A stretch of 51,462 bases of DNA. Source: a virus. Positions within the stretch are counted from its first letter, which is position 1; each line of letters opens with the position of its first letter. A program made the translations under genes and the position numbers. The stretch lies in UHGV virus genome UHGV-0127437; one strand, given 5' to 3'. Below, in pieces: positions 20,489 through 30,434 of this stretch. Under the pieces are notes generated by a model. It worked only from the letters and a program-made list of their open reading frames with translations, made no database searches and was not told where the DNA came from.

Positions 20489-21253
20489 TTAGTCGACGAT
20501 GGTGATACCGTCTTTGAGGGCTGTCTGTTTCCCGGTCTGATCCAGAGAATCGAATGCTGAGCGTTTCATTGTTTTCTGCCCGGCATCGTGTTGAGTCGTT
20601 CGTGAACCACCGCCGTTATTGCCACTGGCTTTCAGGATGTGGTCTTTTTGCGGGTACTGCTCTACCAGGAACTCCAGCGCTTCATCGAATGAGGCCAGTT
20701 CGCCCGGTTTAGAGCGGGAATAAATTTTGTTGCCGGTGCCGTCATAGGCGACAACTTTACCCTCTTCGACTTTAAACGACTGCCCGAAGCGGGCCTGAAG
20801 CAGATCGGCAGGGATGGCGATTTTATCGGTGATAAATTTGGAGCCGGTAAAACTACCGCCGATCATCGAATCGTACAGTTGACCTTCCAGCGTTTTACTT
20901 TTGTTGTTGGCCTCATCCAGTTGCGCCTGGAATGATTTGGTGATTTCGGCTTTCACCTGGTCAACTGCGCCAGCATCGATCAGTTTTTTCTGGTCGATTT
21001 TGGTCATCATTTCGATTGCTTCGAGCGCCTTTTTAGGGTCTTCAATCCCTGAGAAAGCAGCAAGTTTTGTTTCAACGGCTTCTTTGGCTTCGCGATGGGA
21101 TTTAGCCTCGCCATTCAGCGCCGAGATTTTGCTGACAGCCTGAGCGGCATCGAAGCCAATTTCTTTCCCGTCGTCATGCACGTAAACCGGCAGACCATTA
21201 GCATCGACTTCTGCGTAGTGCTTACCATTTACTTCAACTGTCTTCAGTTTCAT
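20489..21253 (-). CDS. Scaffolding-like / head assembly protein
   Basis: ORF with ATG at 21253 (MKLKTVEVNG...), charged coiled-coil-like sequence, located between head morphogenesis and capsid genes. Confidence 0.45.
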   Translation of the reverse strand: MKLKTVEVNGKHYAEVDANGLPVYVHDDGKEIGFDAAQAVSKISALNGEAKSHREAKEAVETKLAAFSGIEDPKKALEAIEMMTKIDQKKLIDAGAVDQVKAEITKSFQAQLDEANNKSKTLEGQLYDSMIGGSFTGSKFITDKIAIPADLLQARFGQSFKVEEGKVVAYDGTGNKIYSRSKPGELASFDEALEFLVEQYPQKDHILKASGNNGGGSRTTQHDAGQKTMKRSAFDSLDQTGKQTALKDGITIVD

Positions 21254-21514
21254 GTTGTTACCTTTGATTTGGTCATCCGACCGTTGCACCGCTCACCATC
21301 CGGATTGCGGCCATAAAAAAGGCCGCCCGGAGGCAGCCTGTTGTGAATTTCAGATAATAAAAAAGGCCGCCTTAGCGACCTTTCTTTTTGTATTCCCGTT
21401 CGAATTTCCACATTTCATAAATTGAACGACTGGATATAACTATTGCAACCAGACCTAAGGCTATTGTGATTAACTGGATAATCATTATCACCTCCTGTTG
21501 GTCTAAATAAGATA

Positions 21515-22627
21515 TCACAACCCCGCCTCTTTAAACGCCTGTGCGTCACGTTCCCGCAACTGCGCCAGCGTCAGCCATTCGCCTTTATCGGTGTAGAACT
21601 CATCAGGAGACATACCACCATCACGAATCAACCGGGCGCGCTTCTCGCCAACGATTTGCTTCTGGCGATCGAACGACTGACGCGAGAACCATTCCTGATA
21701 GTTGGTATCGCCAGGCACAACACCATCCATACTGGCGCGTTCCGCTGGCGGGATATCGCGAACATCGATACCCAACTCTTTCGCTGATTTGAGGATGAAG
21801 GTTTCAGTGGAACGGCAGCAGAAATGAATTTTCCCTGGCCCCTGCAAATAAGGAATCTTATGACCGATTGGCTTATTTTCCAGCGTGTACTTAAGGCGGT
21901 CGCGAATCCTGCACATCTGCGTCGTTCGGTTGTCCAGGGTGGAAAGCCACTGCTTACCCTTCATCAGGTCGTTATTGGCGTCAGCAAAGCTGTTACGCGC
22001 CGTCGCCGCAAGGTGCCCCACTGCCGTTTTCGCGGTGCTGGCGGCATTGGCGCGACTCATCTGTAACGCGCCATCCTGATAGCCGCGATTAGCGTGACCG
22101 CGAACCTTGCGCGCTATCTGCTCGTTCGTATCTCCCAGCAAAAAACCCTGTCGAACTGCGTTACTGATGCGGTTGAGGCGATCCGCTTCGAGATTTGAGG
22201 CCCACTCACTGAGCAGTCGCCCCTGAAATGGCTGCGCCATTGCCGCAGCATAAACAGCGTCTGGAGAGATACCCACCAGCGGATGAACGTCGGTCACGAA
22301 CTCCGGCAACAGCGCGTCAAAGAGACTCAACTGATACCCCGCCTCATGTTGCGCCAGGTCATTCAGTTCAGTAGACAGGCTGGAAAACATGCCGTTTATC
22401 GCAGTGCGGTTAATTTCCCGCACGCTCGCCAGCAGCGCTTCAAGACGCGTGACCGTAAAGCTGTTCGGCTCTATGCCATCCATCGCCACCAGCAGGCGCG
22501 CTGTCAACTCAGCATCACTTTCGTTGAGCAGCTTCACCATCCTGTTGGCAACGCCGGTACTGTAACGACTAATCCAGATAGCGTGCGCTATGGACTCATC
22601 ACGCAGTTGTTCGTTAACCGTCGCCAT
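21515..22627 (-). CDS. Head morphogenesis protein (minor head protein, Mu gpF / SPP1 gp7-like family)
   Basis: 370-aa ORF following portal gene with overlapping start; conserved order portal - F-like protein. Confidence 0.55.
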   Translation of the reverse strand: MATVNEQLRDESIAHAIWISRYSTGVANRMVKLLNESDAELTARLLVAMDGIEPNSFTVTRLEALLASVREINRTAINGMFSSLSTELNDLAQHEAGYQLSLFDALLPEFVTDVHPLVGISPDAVYAAAMAQPFQGRLLSEWASNLEADRLNRISNAVRQGFLLGDTNEQIARKVRGHANRGYQDGALQMSRANAASTAKTAVGHLAATARNSFADANNDLMKGKQWLSTLDNRTTQMCRIRDRLKYTLENKPIGHKIPYLQGPGKIHFCCRSTETFILKSAKELGIDVRDIPPAERASMDGVVPGDTNYQEWFSRQSFDRQKQIVGEKRARLIRDGGMSPDEFYTDKGEWLTLAQLRERDAQAFKEAGL

Positions 22628-24017
22628 TGTTACCGCCCATCAACGTTACCTGCTGGTTTTTCAGCTCGTCGATAACCTCTTCCGGTTTCGCGTCAGGGTC
22701 GATGAATTTTAGCGCCTGAAGCACGCGAACGGCATCAACCTGGCGGATGTCGCCCCCCTGTCGCAGGGACTGAACGGCCATAGCAGCAGATGAATCGAAC
22801 GTCTGAGCAGTAACATCCAGTTCGGTGCGCACATCAACATTGCCGCCATCACTTTCACCAATCCACTGAGCCATGATTTGCAGAATGTTATCAAGTGCAT
22901 CCTCCAGAGAACTCGCCATGGTGTACAGTGGCGAGTTTTCCTGCATATGCTCTTCATGCGTCTGGTCGTCAGATTTTGTTGATGTGTTTTCTGCGCGCAG
23001 CAGTTTCGCACCCGCCTGGCGCATCTGATTTTCCAGATCATCCAGCGATGTTTTGCCGGATTCAATGGCAGCGCCGGTGTGCTCGGTGTATTCCATACCC
23101 TGCTTTGCGCGGTCGCTGAATTTAGTAGCGCTGGATGAGCCAATGACCAGTTCCTGATCGTCTTCCAGACCAAAAACTGACAGAAGCGGCACACGCACAA
23201 CATGAAGAATGTTGTCCTGCTCACTCTGGCTTTGCCAGTGCTTGATATTCAGCAATGCCAGATTCAACAGCGGCGGAGAACCGCGCATAAACCCGGTTTT
23301 CTTGGTGTAGAGCGTTACAAGGGTAATATCGTCGCGACTGGTTTCCCACTCTTCATAAAGAGTCCAGGTGGATTCCCCACCATCACCTTTGTTACGGCGC
23401 CAGATTTCCACTTTACGCGGCATGATGTGGCGGATCTGCTCAACTTTGGTTTGCCCGAAGTCGTCACCATCCACGACAATGACTTCTTTTACGCGTAACT
23501 CAGTGAGCACAACTTTTCCGCTGACAACCTTTGATTTCCAGCCGATCACCTGCCGAGGATTAAGCATCGTTACATACGGTCGACCACCAGCAGCCTGCTC
23601 GTCAGCTTTTGTGCGGATTTCTTCGGCGTTTGTGCGCGGGTAATCCACCAGTGCATGTGCGAGACCATACTGAAACGCCAGGCTAAAGAATTGCTGCGCC
23701 CAGACATCAAGGCGACTGCCTTCCATATCGATGTTTTCGGCATAATCTTTGATTTTTTCCGGCGTTTTTTCGCTTAACACTGTTGGCTCAGCAAATACGC
23801 GCCCGGTATTTTGCTTAATGCTTTCTTCGTAGGCCGGGAGCAGCGTCGCAACAGACAGGCGTTTCTTATAGTCCTCTTTGTCCTCGCGCGGCCAGCGAGG
23901 TAGGTAGGCTTCGCCCTGCCGGCGCATTTCCAGCGTGCCGCCCATCAGTGCATCGTTAATGTCCCACGCCTCAACCATGTCGTTATAGTCGAGGTTGGGT
24001 GTCGAAATATCTGGCAT
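22614..24017 (-). CDS. Portal protein
   Basis: 467-aa ORF immediately downstream of terminase large subunit; size and position. Confidence 0.7.
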   Translation of the reverse strand: MPDISTPNLDYNDMVEAWDINDALMGGTLEMRRQGEAYLPRWPREDKEDYKKRLSVATLLPAYEESIKQNTGRVFAEPTVLSEKTPEKIKDYAENIDMEGSRLDVWAQQFFSLAFQYGLAHALVDYPRTNAEEIRTKADEQAAGGRPYVTMLNPRQVIGWKSKVVSGKVVLTELRVKEVIVVDGDDFGQTKVEQIRHIMPRKVEIWRRNKGDGGESTWTLYEEWETSRDDITLVTLYTKKTGFMRGSPPLLNLALLNIKHWQSQSEQDNILHVVRVPLLSVFGLEDDQELVIGSSSATKFSDRAKQGMEYTEHTGAAIESGKTSLDDLENQMRQAGAKLLRAENTSTKSDDQTHEEHMQENSPLYTMASSLEDALDNILQIMAQWIGESDGGNVDVRTELDVTAQTFDSSAAMAVQSLRQGGDIRQVDAVRVLQALKFIDPDAKPEEVIDELKNQQVTLMGGNNGDG

Positions 24018-24020
24018 GGT

Positions 24021-25592
24021 TTACATCCGAAGTTTGGTGACTTTGCCGACTTTCTTCGGCGGTGAATGCAGAACTTCATAACGAGTTCCGTCCCAGTCGT
24101 GATCTTCCTGTTGCGTGTCAACGTCATCAGGGTTTTTGCTGTCGCGGACGAGTACAGGAATACGGCTTATCCAGCCACGGCAGTAATCAAAAACATAAAA
24201 CGCAGGTTTTTCTGGTATCCCGGATTCCAGTTTTTTACCTTCGACAACCGCCTCCAGCATGTCGGCAAACAATGCGGCGCCATTAACGCGAGAGCCGGGC
24301 TTTTTGTTGGCCTCAACCCATTTAACGCCCTGCACTTCCATTTTCTGAGCGATTGAAAGTTCATCATCGCCAGTGTTGTAGATCGCGCTGTCGGCCGGGC
24401 CGGGAACAACCTTTTTGCAGATACCCGGCATAATGTTGAGTTGTCCCTGAGTGACGCCATCGAGTTTTATCTCATCAGGTTCGTCAACTTCCTGGCCTGT
24501 TAGCCGCTTATCAATCCACGCAACGCCTTTTGCGACGTTGGTAGATGACATGTTCAGCCCTTTATTCAGTTCGTCAGGCGGGCAACCGTACCACTCGCCA
24601 ATCAGAATCAGAGACCCGGCGGGCGGGCAGAATTGACGCCCATCCGGCAGCGTCGCGACAGTGCCATCCGTGCGAGCCCACCAGAGATTAGAGAACGGCT
24701 TCGACTCACCCCAGTCATGGGAACGGTCAACGGTCCAGCTATCCGGTATGCGGAACGGCTTAATGACGTGAAGCGCCTCACTCCATAGATGGTCAAAGCG
24801 TCCGCCACTGGTAACATCCCACGAACCCTCTACCCATGCCTTGCGGCGGTTCGGGTCTTTGATGGACATCAGCGTTGCTATGTACTGCGGATCCAGATAC
24901 GGGTTCTCTTTGAAAGAACCGTGTATCGCGACGCGGGTTAACGTGATCTCTTCTTCCCGCTCGGTTTGAGGGTTGAACACTAATTGTTTGTGACGCTGTA
25001 CAGTTCCGCGCGGTGCCGGTTCGATAAATCGTTTTTTTACCCAGGTGTGACCGATGCCAAATGGGTTTGTCGTGCTGAATACTTCGAGTGGGATCGGTTT
25101 TAGCAACGATCCATCTTTTCGCGGATAGTCTTCAGGCCGGAACGATGAGCGGCGACACGAAAACATTGCTTCGTAGAAATCTGAGTTAGGTTGTTTGGTC
25201 AGCTCGTTAAAGCCGATAAACGGAAATTCCTGCCCGTGGAAGTTCCAGTAATCATCAGCTTCGCTTCCGAACCGGAACAGCAGTTCTTCACCAGTAGGCC
25301 ACACCCATCGCAATTCACTCGCGGACCGAAGAAAATTTGCCCCGTCGCCGAACAGGTTATACATACGCTTAGACTGCGTGATGATGTCTGCCAGGTTCTT
25401 ATACTCAGTGTCAAAAATGACACCGCGCCAGAATGAACCATAACCGACACCGACATTACGGCGAAAACGCGCCAACTGCGCAGCGGTTTTGCCTGGTCCG
25501 CGCGTTCCCTCGTAGAGGATCTCATTACATGGGCAACTCAGCGAAAGAGACTGTGATCCGGGCAGAGGCTTCCATACAGCCTTGTAATTCAT
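24021..25592 (-). CDS. Terminase large subunit
   Basis: 523-aa ORF with N-terminal ATPase-like region (TRGPGKT Walker A-like) and C-terminal nuclease-like region with acidic residues; overlaps small subunit stop (ATGA). Confidence 0.8.
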   Translation of the reverse strand: MNYKAVWKPLPGSQSLSLSCPCNEILYEGTRGPGKTAAQLARFRRNVGVGYGSFWRGVIFDTEYKNLADIITQSKRMYNLFGDGANFLRSASELRWVWPTGEELLFRFGSEADDYWNFHGQEFPFIGFNELTKQPNSDFYEAMFSCRRSSFRPEDYPRKDGSLLKPIPLEVFSTTNPFGIGHTWVKKRFIEPAPRGTVQRHKQLVFNPQTEREEEITLTRVAIHGSFKENPYLDPQYIATLMSIKDPNRRKAWVEGSWDVTSGGRFDHLWSEALHVIKPFRIPDSWTVDRSHDWGESKPFSNLWWARTDGTVATLPDGRQFCPPAGSLILIGEWYGCPPDELNKGLNMSSTNVAKGVAWIDKRLTGQEVDEPDEIKLDGVTQGQLNIMPGICKKVVPGPADSAIYNTGDDELSIAQKMEVQGVKWVEANKKPGSRVNGAALFADMLEAVVEGKKLESGIPEKPAFYVFDYCRGWISRIPVLVRDSKNPDDVDTQQEDHDWDGTRYEVLHSPPKKVGKVTKLRM

Positions 25593-26077
25593 CCACCAAG
25601 AACCTCATTTTGTTGTTTCTGCGCAGCAGCTTCCCAGTCGTCAACGTTGTCACAGGATGGAACGGGCATAACGTTGTGAGTCGATATAACGTTCTGTTCA
25701 ACCTTTTGCTTGTTGGTATAAACGTCACCGACCTCTTTCGCAGCCTGTTCGAGAAGCTGGGCCGTCATGCCGAGGTTTTTCATGTTCTCGGCGGTCACAG
25801 ACATTCGTTGCAGTACGCGAAGCCGATAAGCCTTATTAGCAATCGGGATTTCTGCAATTTCCGTCTGGAAGCGCTCGCGGGTTTCGTTGAACATCTCCAC
25901 CCATTTTTTCGCCAGGCCTTTGCCGTTAGCTTTTGTCGGGTCGTGGGATTCAACCTGCTGACGGGGGATCGTGATGCCGAATTCTTTTTTGACAGCCTCC
26001 ACAACCTGAGAAGGGGTGTCGAAGCACGCAAGCGATTGAACGATGAAGGCTTTGACCTCACCTTTTAATGCCGCCAT
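25589..26077 (-). CDS. Terminase small subunit-like protein
   Basis: 162-aa ORF directly upstream of and translationally coupled to large terminase. Confidence 0.5.
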   Translation of the reverse strand: MAALKGEVKAFIVQSLACFDTPSQVVEAVKKEFGITIPRQQVESHDPTKANGKGLAKKWVEMFNETRERFQTEIAEIPIANKAYRLRVLQRMSVTAENMKNLGMTAQLLEQAAKEVGDVYTNKQKVEQNVISTHNVMPVPSCDNVDDWEAAAQKQQNEVLGG

Positions 26078-26109
26078 AGCTTACCTGCCCGTCATAATCA
26101 GTCATAAAA

Positions 26110-26748
26110 TCAAGCCAGTTTCAGCATGCACGTCCCGCACGCTCTGGCAATGTTAAGATGTGCAACCTCCGCAGGCTTATTCGCCGCATCAACCATTTCC
26201 TGCACTTCATTACTGGCACCGTATCGGCGTACGACACCGACAAATTCTTCGACATCATGTCCGCGCAATGTCAGTACCGGCTGACCGGTCTCTTTATTGA
26301 ACTTCGGCGCGCCATAGTCGTCGGTAGACTGGGCAATATGGTAAAGCTCATGCTCTACCAGTGCGCAGAACTCAAGGTCACTGCATTGTGAGCAGTAATC
26401 GGCTGCCAGCGTGATGATGAACTTCGGAATGCGCCCGAACCATTCATACATCTGCTGTTCCATTCTGGCCTTCTGCCAGCCGCCGGCGCGGAGTATTACC
26501 TGTTCGGCCTGGCCGAGAACGTAGCGCCCTTTCTTCGCGAACGAATCGGACGCCCACATGAAGCAGAGATCGGCATCAATCAGGTGCGCGTGGTCAGGGT
26601 TATGGATGCTTCCTGTATCGCTCAGGATTTGCCTGTTTATCCACTCATGCACTTCATTGGCGGGGATCAGCCTGGTGTATGGCTGCCAGTTTTCAGCATT
26701 GATAAAGTTAACCGGCGGGAGTGGCCTGCGCTCGTCATCGTTAGCCAT
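26110..26748 (-). CDS. Phage protein with HExxH motif (putative metallopeptidase-like domain)
   Basis: 212-aa ORF, ATG start; motif VEHELYHIAQ; upstream of terminase genes. Confidence 0.5.
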   Translation of the reverse strand: MANDDERRPLPPVNFINAENWQPYTRLIPANEVHEWINRQILSDTGSIHNPDHAHLIDADLCFMWASDSFAKKGRYVLGQAEQVILRAGGWQKARMEQQMYEWFGRIPKFIITLAADYCSQCSDLEFCALVEHELYHIAQSTDDYGAPKFNKETGQPVLTLRGHDVEEFVGVVRRYGASNEVQEMVDAANKPAEVAHLNIARACGTCMLKLA

Positions 26749-27124
26749 GAGTTAATCCTGTTTGAAGAAAAGGTAAGTAACCAGATTCGCCCGCCACGGC
26801 TCCGGCTGGCCGCTATGAAGGTAAAAGCTCGCGTTACCATCGCGAGGAAAACCCGGCGTGACCCGTTTTTGAATAACCACGCTCACTCGCGCAGGGAGAA
26901 TCCTCCTCAAGGAGGCTGCGGTCTTAGTTCGGGCGTGGAGACTGCGACGAATCGGCGCTATGGGCATTCTTGTCGCAGCGGTCGCCACCATCTCACGATG
27001 TTGCTATGCCACTTCCGTCTGTTCCGGCTGCCAAGATATGGATCACCTCATTGGTTGATGCCAATCTATGCTTCTTGTCGGGTAAGCATCAGCAAAGCAC
27101 CTTGGAAAGTGATTTGGTGATGCC

Positions 27125-27161
27125 AACAAAAAACCGCCCGGAGGCGGCTATTTTATTTTTT
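27125..27161. terminator. Rho-independent terminator (bidirectional) after low-GC moron gene
   Basis: Stem ccgcc/ggcgg with cgga loop flanked by A-run (5') and T-run (3'); sits at stop codon of the 119-aa gene. Confidence 0.65.
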
Positions 27162-27512
27162 AGTAACTGTATATCGTATGGCCGTAGTCGTCATACGGCT
27201 GGCTGTGATGAATATTTTATATTTAATTTTTTCTGCATTAAAGAAATCTTTTAAGAGCTTATAGTAACGTTTAGTTATCTCTGCCCCTCTGTTTTTAATA
27301 TCTCCTTGAGTAAGCCCCTCACCTTCGTAAGTAATTTCAGCTTTTCTTTTCCCTAAGTAAACATTTTCGGGAAGCTCGTTACCATCGAAATCCTTCTTAA
27401 GTCCATTTTTTTCAAGTAGCTCGGAAACCTCACTATAGATGTTCGACTTATCACCGACCGTAATATCGAAGGTAACCATTACATAATATGAAATTGTGGC
27501 TTTTTTTGACAT
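27153..27512 (-). CDS. Hypothetical low-GC moron protein (unknown function)
   Basis: 119-aa ORF, ATG with GGAGAAA RBS, AT-rich codon usage unlike flanking phage genes, own terminator; between Rz/Rz1 and head genes. Confidence 0.5.
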   Translation of the reverse strand: MSKKATISYYVMVTFDITVGDKSNIYSEVSELLEKNGLKKDFDGNELPENVYLGKRKAEITYEGEGLTQGDIKNRGAEITKRYYKLLKDFFNAEKIKYKIFITASRMTTTAIRYTVTKK

Positions 27513-27623
27513 TCACTATTTCTCCATTGAAGCGAAGAAATAGTATCGGCAAGTCTAAAAAAAATTTTATTAACTAAGATCAGACATACTACATTCGACT
27601 TGATGCTTCTCTCGCCAGAAGAC

Positions 27624-28193
27624 TTAATCTGCACTATTTGCGGAACTCCTGTTGTTTGAGCTTCTAACTGACTCATAAATCTTCTCGCATGTCATTCCAG
27701 CTCGGTAGCTTTCGTCAGATCGCTCAGCATAATATCGAGCCTCTTCTGCAAGGCGTCCGAGCATGTCGGCGAGCATTCCGGCGTCGACTCCGGCTGTTTT
27801 GCTTCTGACGGAAGCGGCAAGATTTGCGGTGTGCTTTGCGGCGTCCAGGCGGGTAGCGAGTTTTTTTGCTTCGGTGCGCAGCTGGTTAACAGTGGCAGAC
27901 AGGCCAGCAGCAGTGGCAGCAGATTTAGCGGCTTGTGCTTGTGCATCTTTTACAGCCTCATCACGGGCAATTATGCGCCCTTGTTCAATCCAGCGGGCGG
28001 CGGCCTGTGCGTTCACTGTCTGTGACGACTCCGCACTGTCGCGCTCTGCCCATTTTTTTTGCCAGTCCCTGTCGCTCCAGACATTTCCGGTGATAAACGC
28101 GCCAGCCACCAGAAGTAAAACGACAACGGGTTTCCACCAGGCTTTTATGCCAGCAATTAACAGCGCCGGGTTCACTGGTCTATCCCCCAGCAC
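27624..28193 (-). CDS. Rz-like i-spanin (inner membrane spanin subunit)
   Basis: ORF after endolysin with N-terminal TM ([16 protein letters not shown]) and coiled-coil Ala/Gln-rich periplasmic domain; contains embedded Rz1 ORF in alternate frame; start is GTG. Confidence 0.6.
   Translation of the reverse strand: MLGDRPVNPALLIAGIKAWWKPVVVLLLVAGAFITGNVWSDRDWQKKWAERDSAESSQTVNAQAAARWIEQGRIIARDEAVKDAQAQAAKSAATAAGLSATVNQLRTEAKKLATRLDAAKHTANLAASVRSKTAGVDAGMLADMLGRLAEEARYYAERSDESYRAGMTCEKIYESVRSSNNRSSANSAD
27692..27946 (-). CDS. Rz1-like o-spanin lipoprotein (embedded in Rz)
   Basis: ATG-start ORF wholly inside Rz in another frame; signal peptide with lipobox LLTSC and proline-rich mature region. 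Confidence 0.55.
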   Translation of the reverse strand: MHKHKPLNLLPLLLACLPLLTSCAPKQKNSLPAWTPQSTPQILPLPSEAKQPESTPECSPTCSDALQKRLDIMLSDLTKATELE

Positions 28194-28702
28194 GTAAGCG
28201 CGCTTTCCTGGTCGCGACGGGAAACCTGCCCAAAGCAGTTATTGGAGCGAATGCGGCAATCTTTTCCGCCGTCGAATATCCAACGCCTGATTTCAGCACA
28301 GGCCCCTTTGCGGTCTCCTGCGTTCAGCTTACGAAAAAATCCAGATGGCAGGCATTTACCAGAGCCGATGTTGTACGGGCAGAACGACGCGATCCCCGCT
28401 TTCTGTGGTTCTGTCAGTGGTACTTTGATATTTCGCTCTACCCAGGCCAGCGCTTTATCGCGCTCAATGGCGTTTACCTGGTCACATTTCGCCTGCGTCA
28501 GCTTCATGCCCTGCACCACCGGTTTACCATCAACCATTGTGGCGCCACGGCAAATCGTCCAGATCCCGCCACCATCTTTGTACGCTGTCAGACTGTTACC
28601 CTCTTTCTCATTCAGGAACTGATCGAGAATAACCGACGCTGGCGCACCGGCGAGAACCAGTGCCAGAACGGCGGCACTAAGTTTTGCTCTCCACCCCATC
28701 AT
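28172..28702 (-). CDS. Endolysin, phage lysozyme (GH24-like) with N-terminal SAR-type signal anchor
   Basis: 176-aa ORF; catalytic-region motifs [20 protein letters not shown]...LTQAKCDQ; weakly hydrophobic Ala/Gly-rich N-terminus; overlaps holin stop. Confidence 0.8.
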   Translation of the reverse strand: MMGWRAKLSAAVLALVLAGAPASVILDQFLNEKEGNSLTAYKDGGGIWTICRGATMVDGKPVVQGMKLTQAKCDQVNAIERDKALAWVERNIKVPLTEPQKAGIASFCPYNIGSGKCLPSGFFRKLNAGDRKGACAEIRRWIFDGGKDCRIRSNNCFGQVSRRDQESALTCWGIDQ

Positions 28703-29004
28703 TCACCAGCCTTAGTAAGCGCGTCGGCAACAACACTTACAGCCGCCGGACGCTCAGCAATGGGTTTATCACTGATTCCATCCAGGTAATCGCGGATCAT
28801 GGCTGTGCGCTTCTCGTCTTCTTTACGTTTACGACGGGCATCAATTCGGCCATTTACGTAAGAGATCAGAGAAATAAGCAGGCCGACAGCACCAAAGAAC
28901 ATGTAGACCATGTCCTGTGTGGTAAAACCTAATGCTGCCGCGAGGGTTCCAACCCACGCGAAAAACTGCGTGAAAATGTTCCCTGAGTGATCGTTCATTC
29001 TCAT
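28699..29004 (-). CDS. Holin (two-TM class, possibly pinholin partner of SAR endolysin)
   Basis: 101-aa ORF with two hydrophobic helices and charged C-terminus, immediately upstream of endolysin. Confidence 0.65.
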   Translation of the reverse strand: MRMNDHSGNIFTQFFAWVGTLAAALGFTTQDMVYMFFGAVGLLISLISYVNGRIDARRKRKEDEKRTAMIRDYLDGISDKPIAERPAAVSVVADALTKAGE

Positions 29005-29100
29005 GGTCTCTTACCTCGCGTTTTTCGGAGGCTGTGTGTAAGGGAAAGGCCGCCCGGTGGATTAACGACAAAACACAGAGGAATCGTTCCGAACGGCACA

Positions 29101-29124
29101 AATAAAAAACCCGCCAGAAGCGGG
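29101..29124 (-). terminator. Hairpin terminator upstream of lysis genes (candidate Q-antiterminated late terminator)
   Basis: Stem cccgc/gcggg with U-run on minus strand; located between the ORF downstream of Q and the holin start. Confidence 0.45.
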
Positions 29125-29192
29125 AATAGAAGATAAGCGCACGGCTTTAATCGCCCACAATGCGCGGGATAATTGTCCCAAGGTAGAGGGAT

Positions 29193-29513
29193 TCAGTTTT
29201 TTGCTACCCATTCTCGCCAGCGGGCCTCTCTAATCTCAGGGCTCAGTCGCTGATCTTCAAAATGGTTTGCCAAATTTATCGAATCTGGCAGCAATGCCCA
29301 GGCGACATAGAAATCATGTGGCTCAAACTCTCCACCAGCAAATTCGTATGCACCAACATGGTAAACCTCGCCGTCTTCTTCGAGTGCCAGCACCTGAGCA
29401 ATATGCCAACCATCACAGGGGTTAAGAAGGATAACCCAACGCCCATTAAATTCTTTGGTTGGTTTTTCACTTGCGGGTCTGAAATGAAGCTGTTCGGTAA
29501 TTGGTTGCGACAT
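29193..29513 (-). CDS. Hypothetical protein between Q and holin
   Basis: ORF with ATG at 29513 and GGAG RBS; no recognisable motif. Confidence 0.45.
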   Translation of the reverse strand: MSQPITEQLHFRPASEKPTKEFNGRWVILLNPCDGWHIAQVLALEEDGEVYHVGAYEFAGGEFEPHDFYVAWALLPDSINLANHFEDQRLSPEIREARWREWVAKN

Positions 29514-29617
29514 ACTGGCTCCAGAAACGACAAAGCCCCGCACGATGGCGAGGCTTTAAGTTCGTCGACAATCAAAGCTATGGCGACAATATCAGATTTA
29601 CATGAAATATAGCCGTT

Positions 29618-30301
29618 TTAATCTACTTTTGCAATACTTTGCTCACAATTTGTCGCTTTTTGCTGCGAACGTGTTTTGGTTAATGATAGTAATGATTCCC
29701 TGTCCAGTTCAGCAAACAGTCGGAGCATACCCAACCAGTGCGCTGTAAAGGTCTTGGACCAGTTTTTATCCTCTACCCCCACCAGCGCCGCGAGATCGGC
29801 ATATTGATACTGCTCACGCCCTGCCAGCGCTGATTTCATATCCTGCGCCGCCAGCCAGATAAGCTGCCGCAGACGCTCTATTGTCTTTTTCGCCACGCGC
29901 TTCCCCCCCATTTGCTTACTGAACTGCTCCCACGCCCAGCGAGTAATGATTACCTGGTGATCCCAGCATGTGCTTTCGCTGTAATTCCAGAGCAACCAGG
30001 CTTTTTGATGCTCGTCGAGTGACATTAGCGCCCGACGCCATGAAGCAGTGGAGTATTCGACCGGCTGCACCAGCGGGATATGCGATCCTTTGGCGTGTGA
30101 TTGTTTTCCGGGGATCGGAGGGTTGTTCAGCGTTATCAGTTTTCCCGTAACTTCATCGCGTACACGCAACCTCTTGCGGGGATAAGTATTCGTATCGAAC
30201 TGCGCGTTCTCCAGCCAGGCCATTAACTGTCCCTTTGTCGCTCCGCTCAGATCTACCGTGGCCGCAATCAGTTGCTGACGAATATAGGATAAATTTTTCA
30301 C
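29618..30301 (-). CDS. Late gene antiterminator (Q-like)
   Basis: 227-aa ORF directly upstream of lysis cassette and downstream of nin-like/rusA genes, the canonical Q position; GTG start with AGGGG RBS. Confidence 0.5.
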   Translation of the reverse strand: MKNLSYIRQQLIAATVDLSGATKGQLMAWLENAQFDTNTYPRKRLRVRDEVTGKLITLNNPPIPGKQSHAKGSHIPLVQPVEYSTASWRRALMSLDEHQKAWLLWNYSESTCWDHQVIITRWAWEQFSKQMGGKRVAKKTIERLRQLIWLAAQDMKSALAGREQYQYADLAALVGVEDKNWSKTFTAHWLGMLRLFAELDRESLLSLTKTRSQQKATNCEQSIAKVD

Positions 30302-30434
30302 TGATTTTCCCCTGCTTTCTGCTGAATACGGATGTAATTGCGAAGGATGCGGTATGCCACAGGAAAAGATCCCCGGTAGCGATAAATACGGAGACGCAGC
30401 CAGCGCCAGCGAAGAGACTCAATAACTTCAGGCT

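Noticed and set aside
21290-21371. Possible rho-independent terminator in the aaaaaggccgcc repeat region between scaffold-like and head morphogenesis genes
   Set aside because: Stems are imperfect and the U-tract falls in the loop rather than after the stem on the transcribed strand; left uncalled.
26584-27254. Plus-strand ORFs 26584-27120 and 26970-27254 in the non-coding interval
   Set aside because: Opposite to the flow of all surrounding late genes, no RBS, Arg/Ser/His-rich low-complexity translation; the interval is more likely regulatory.
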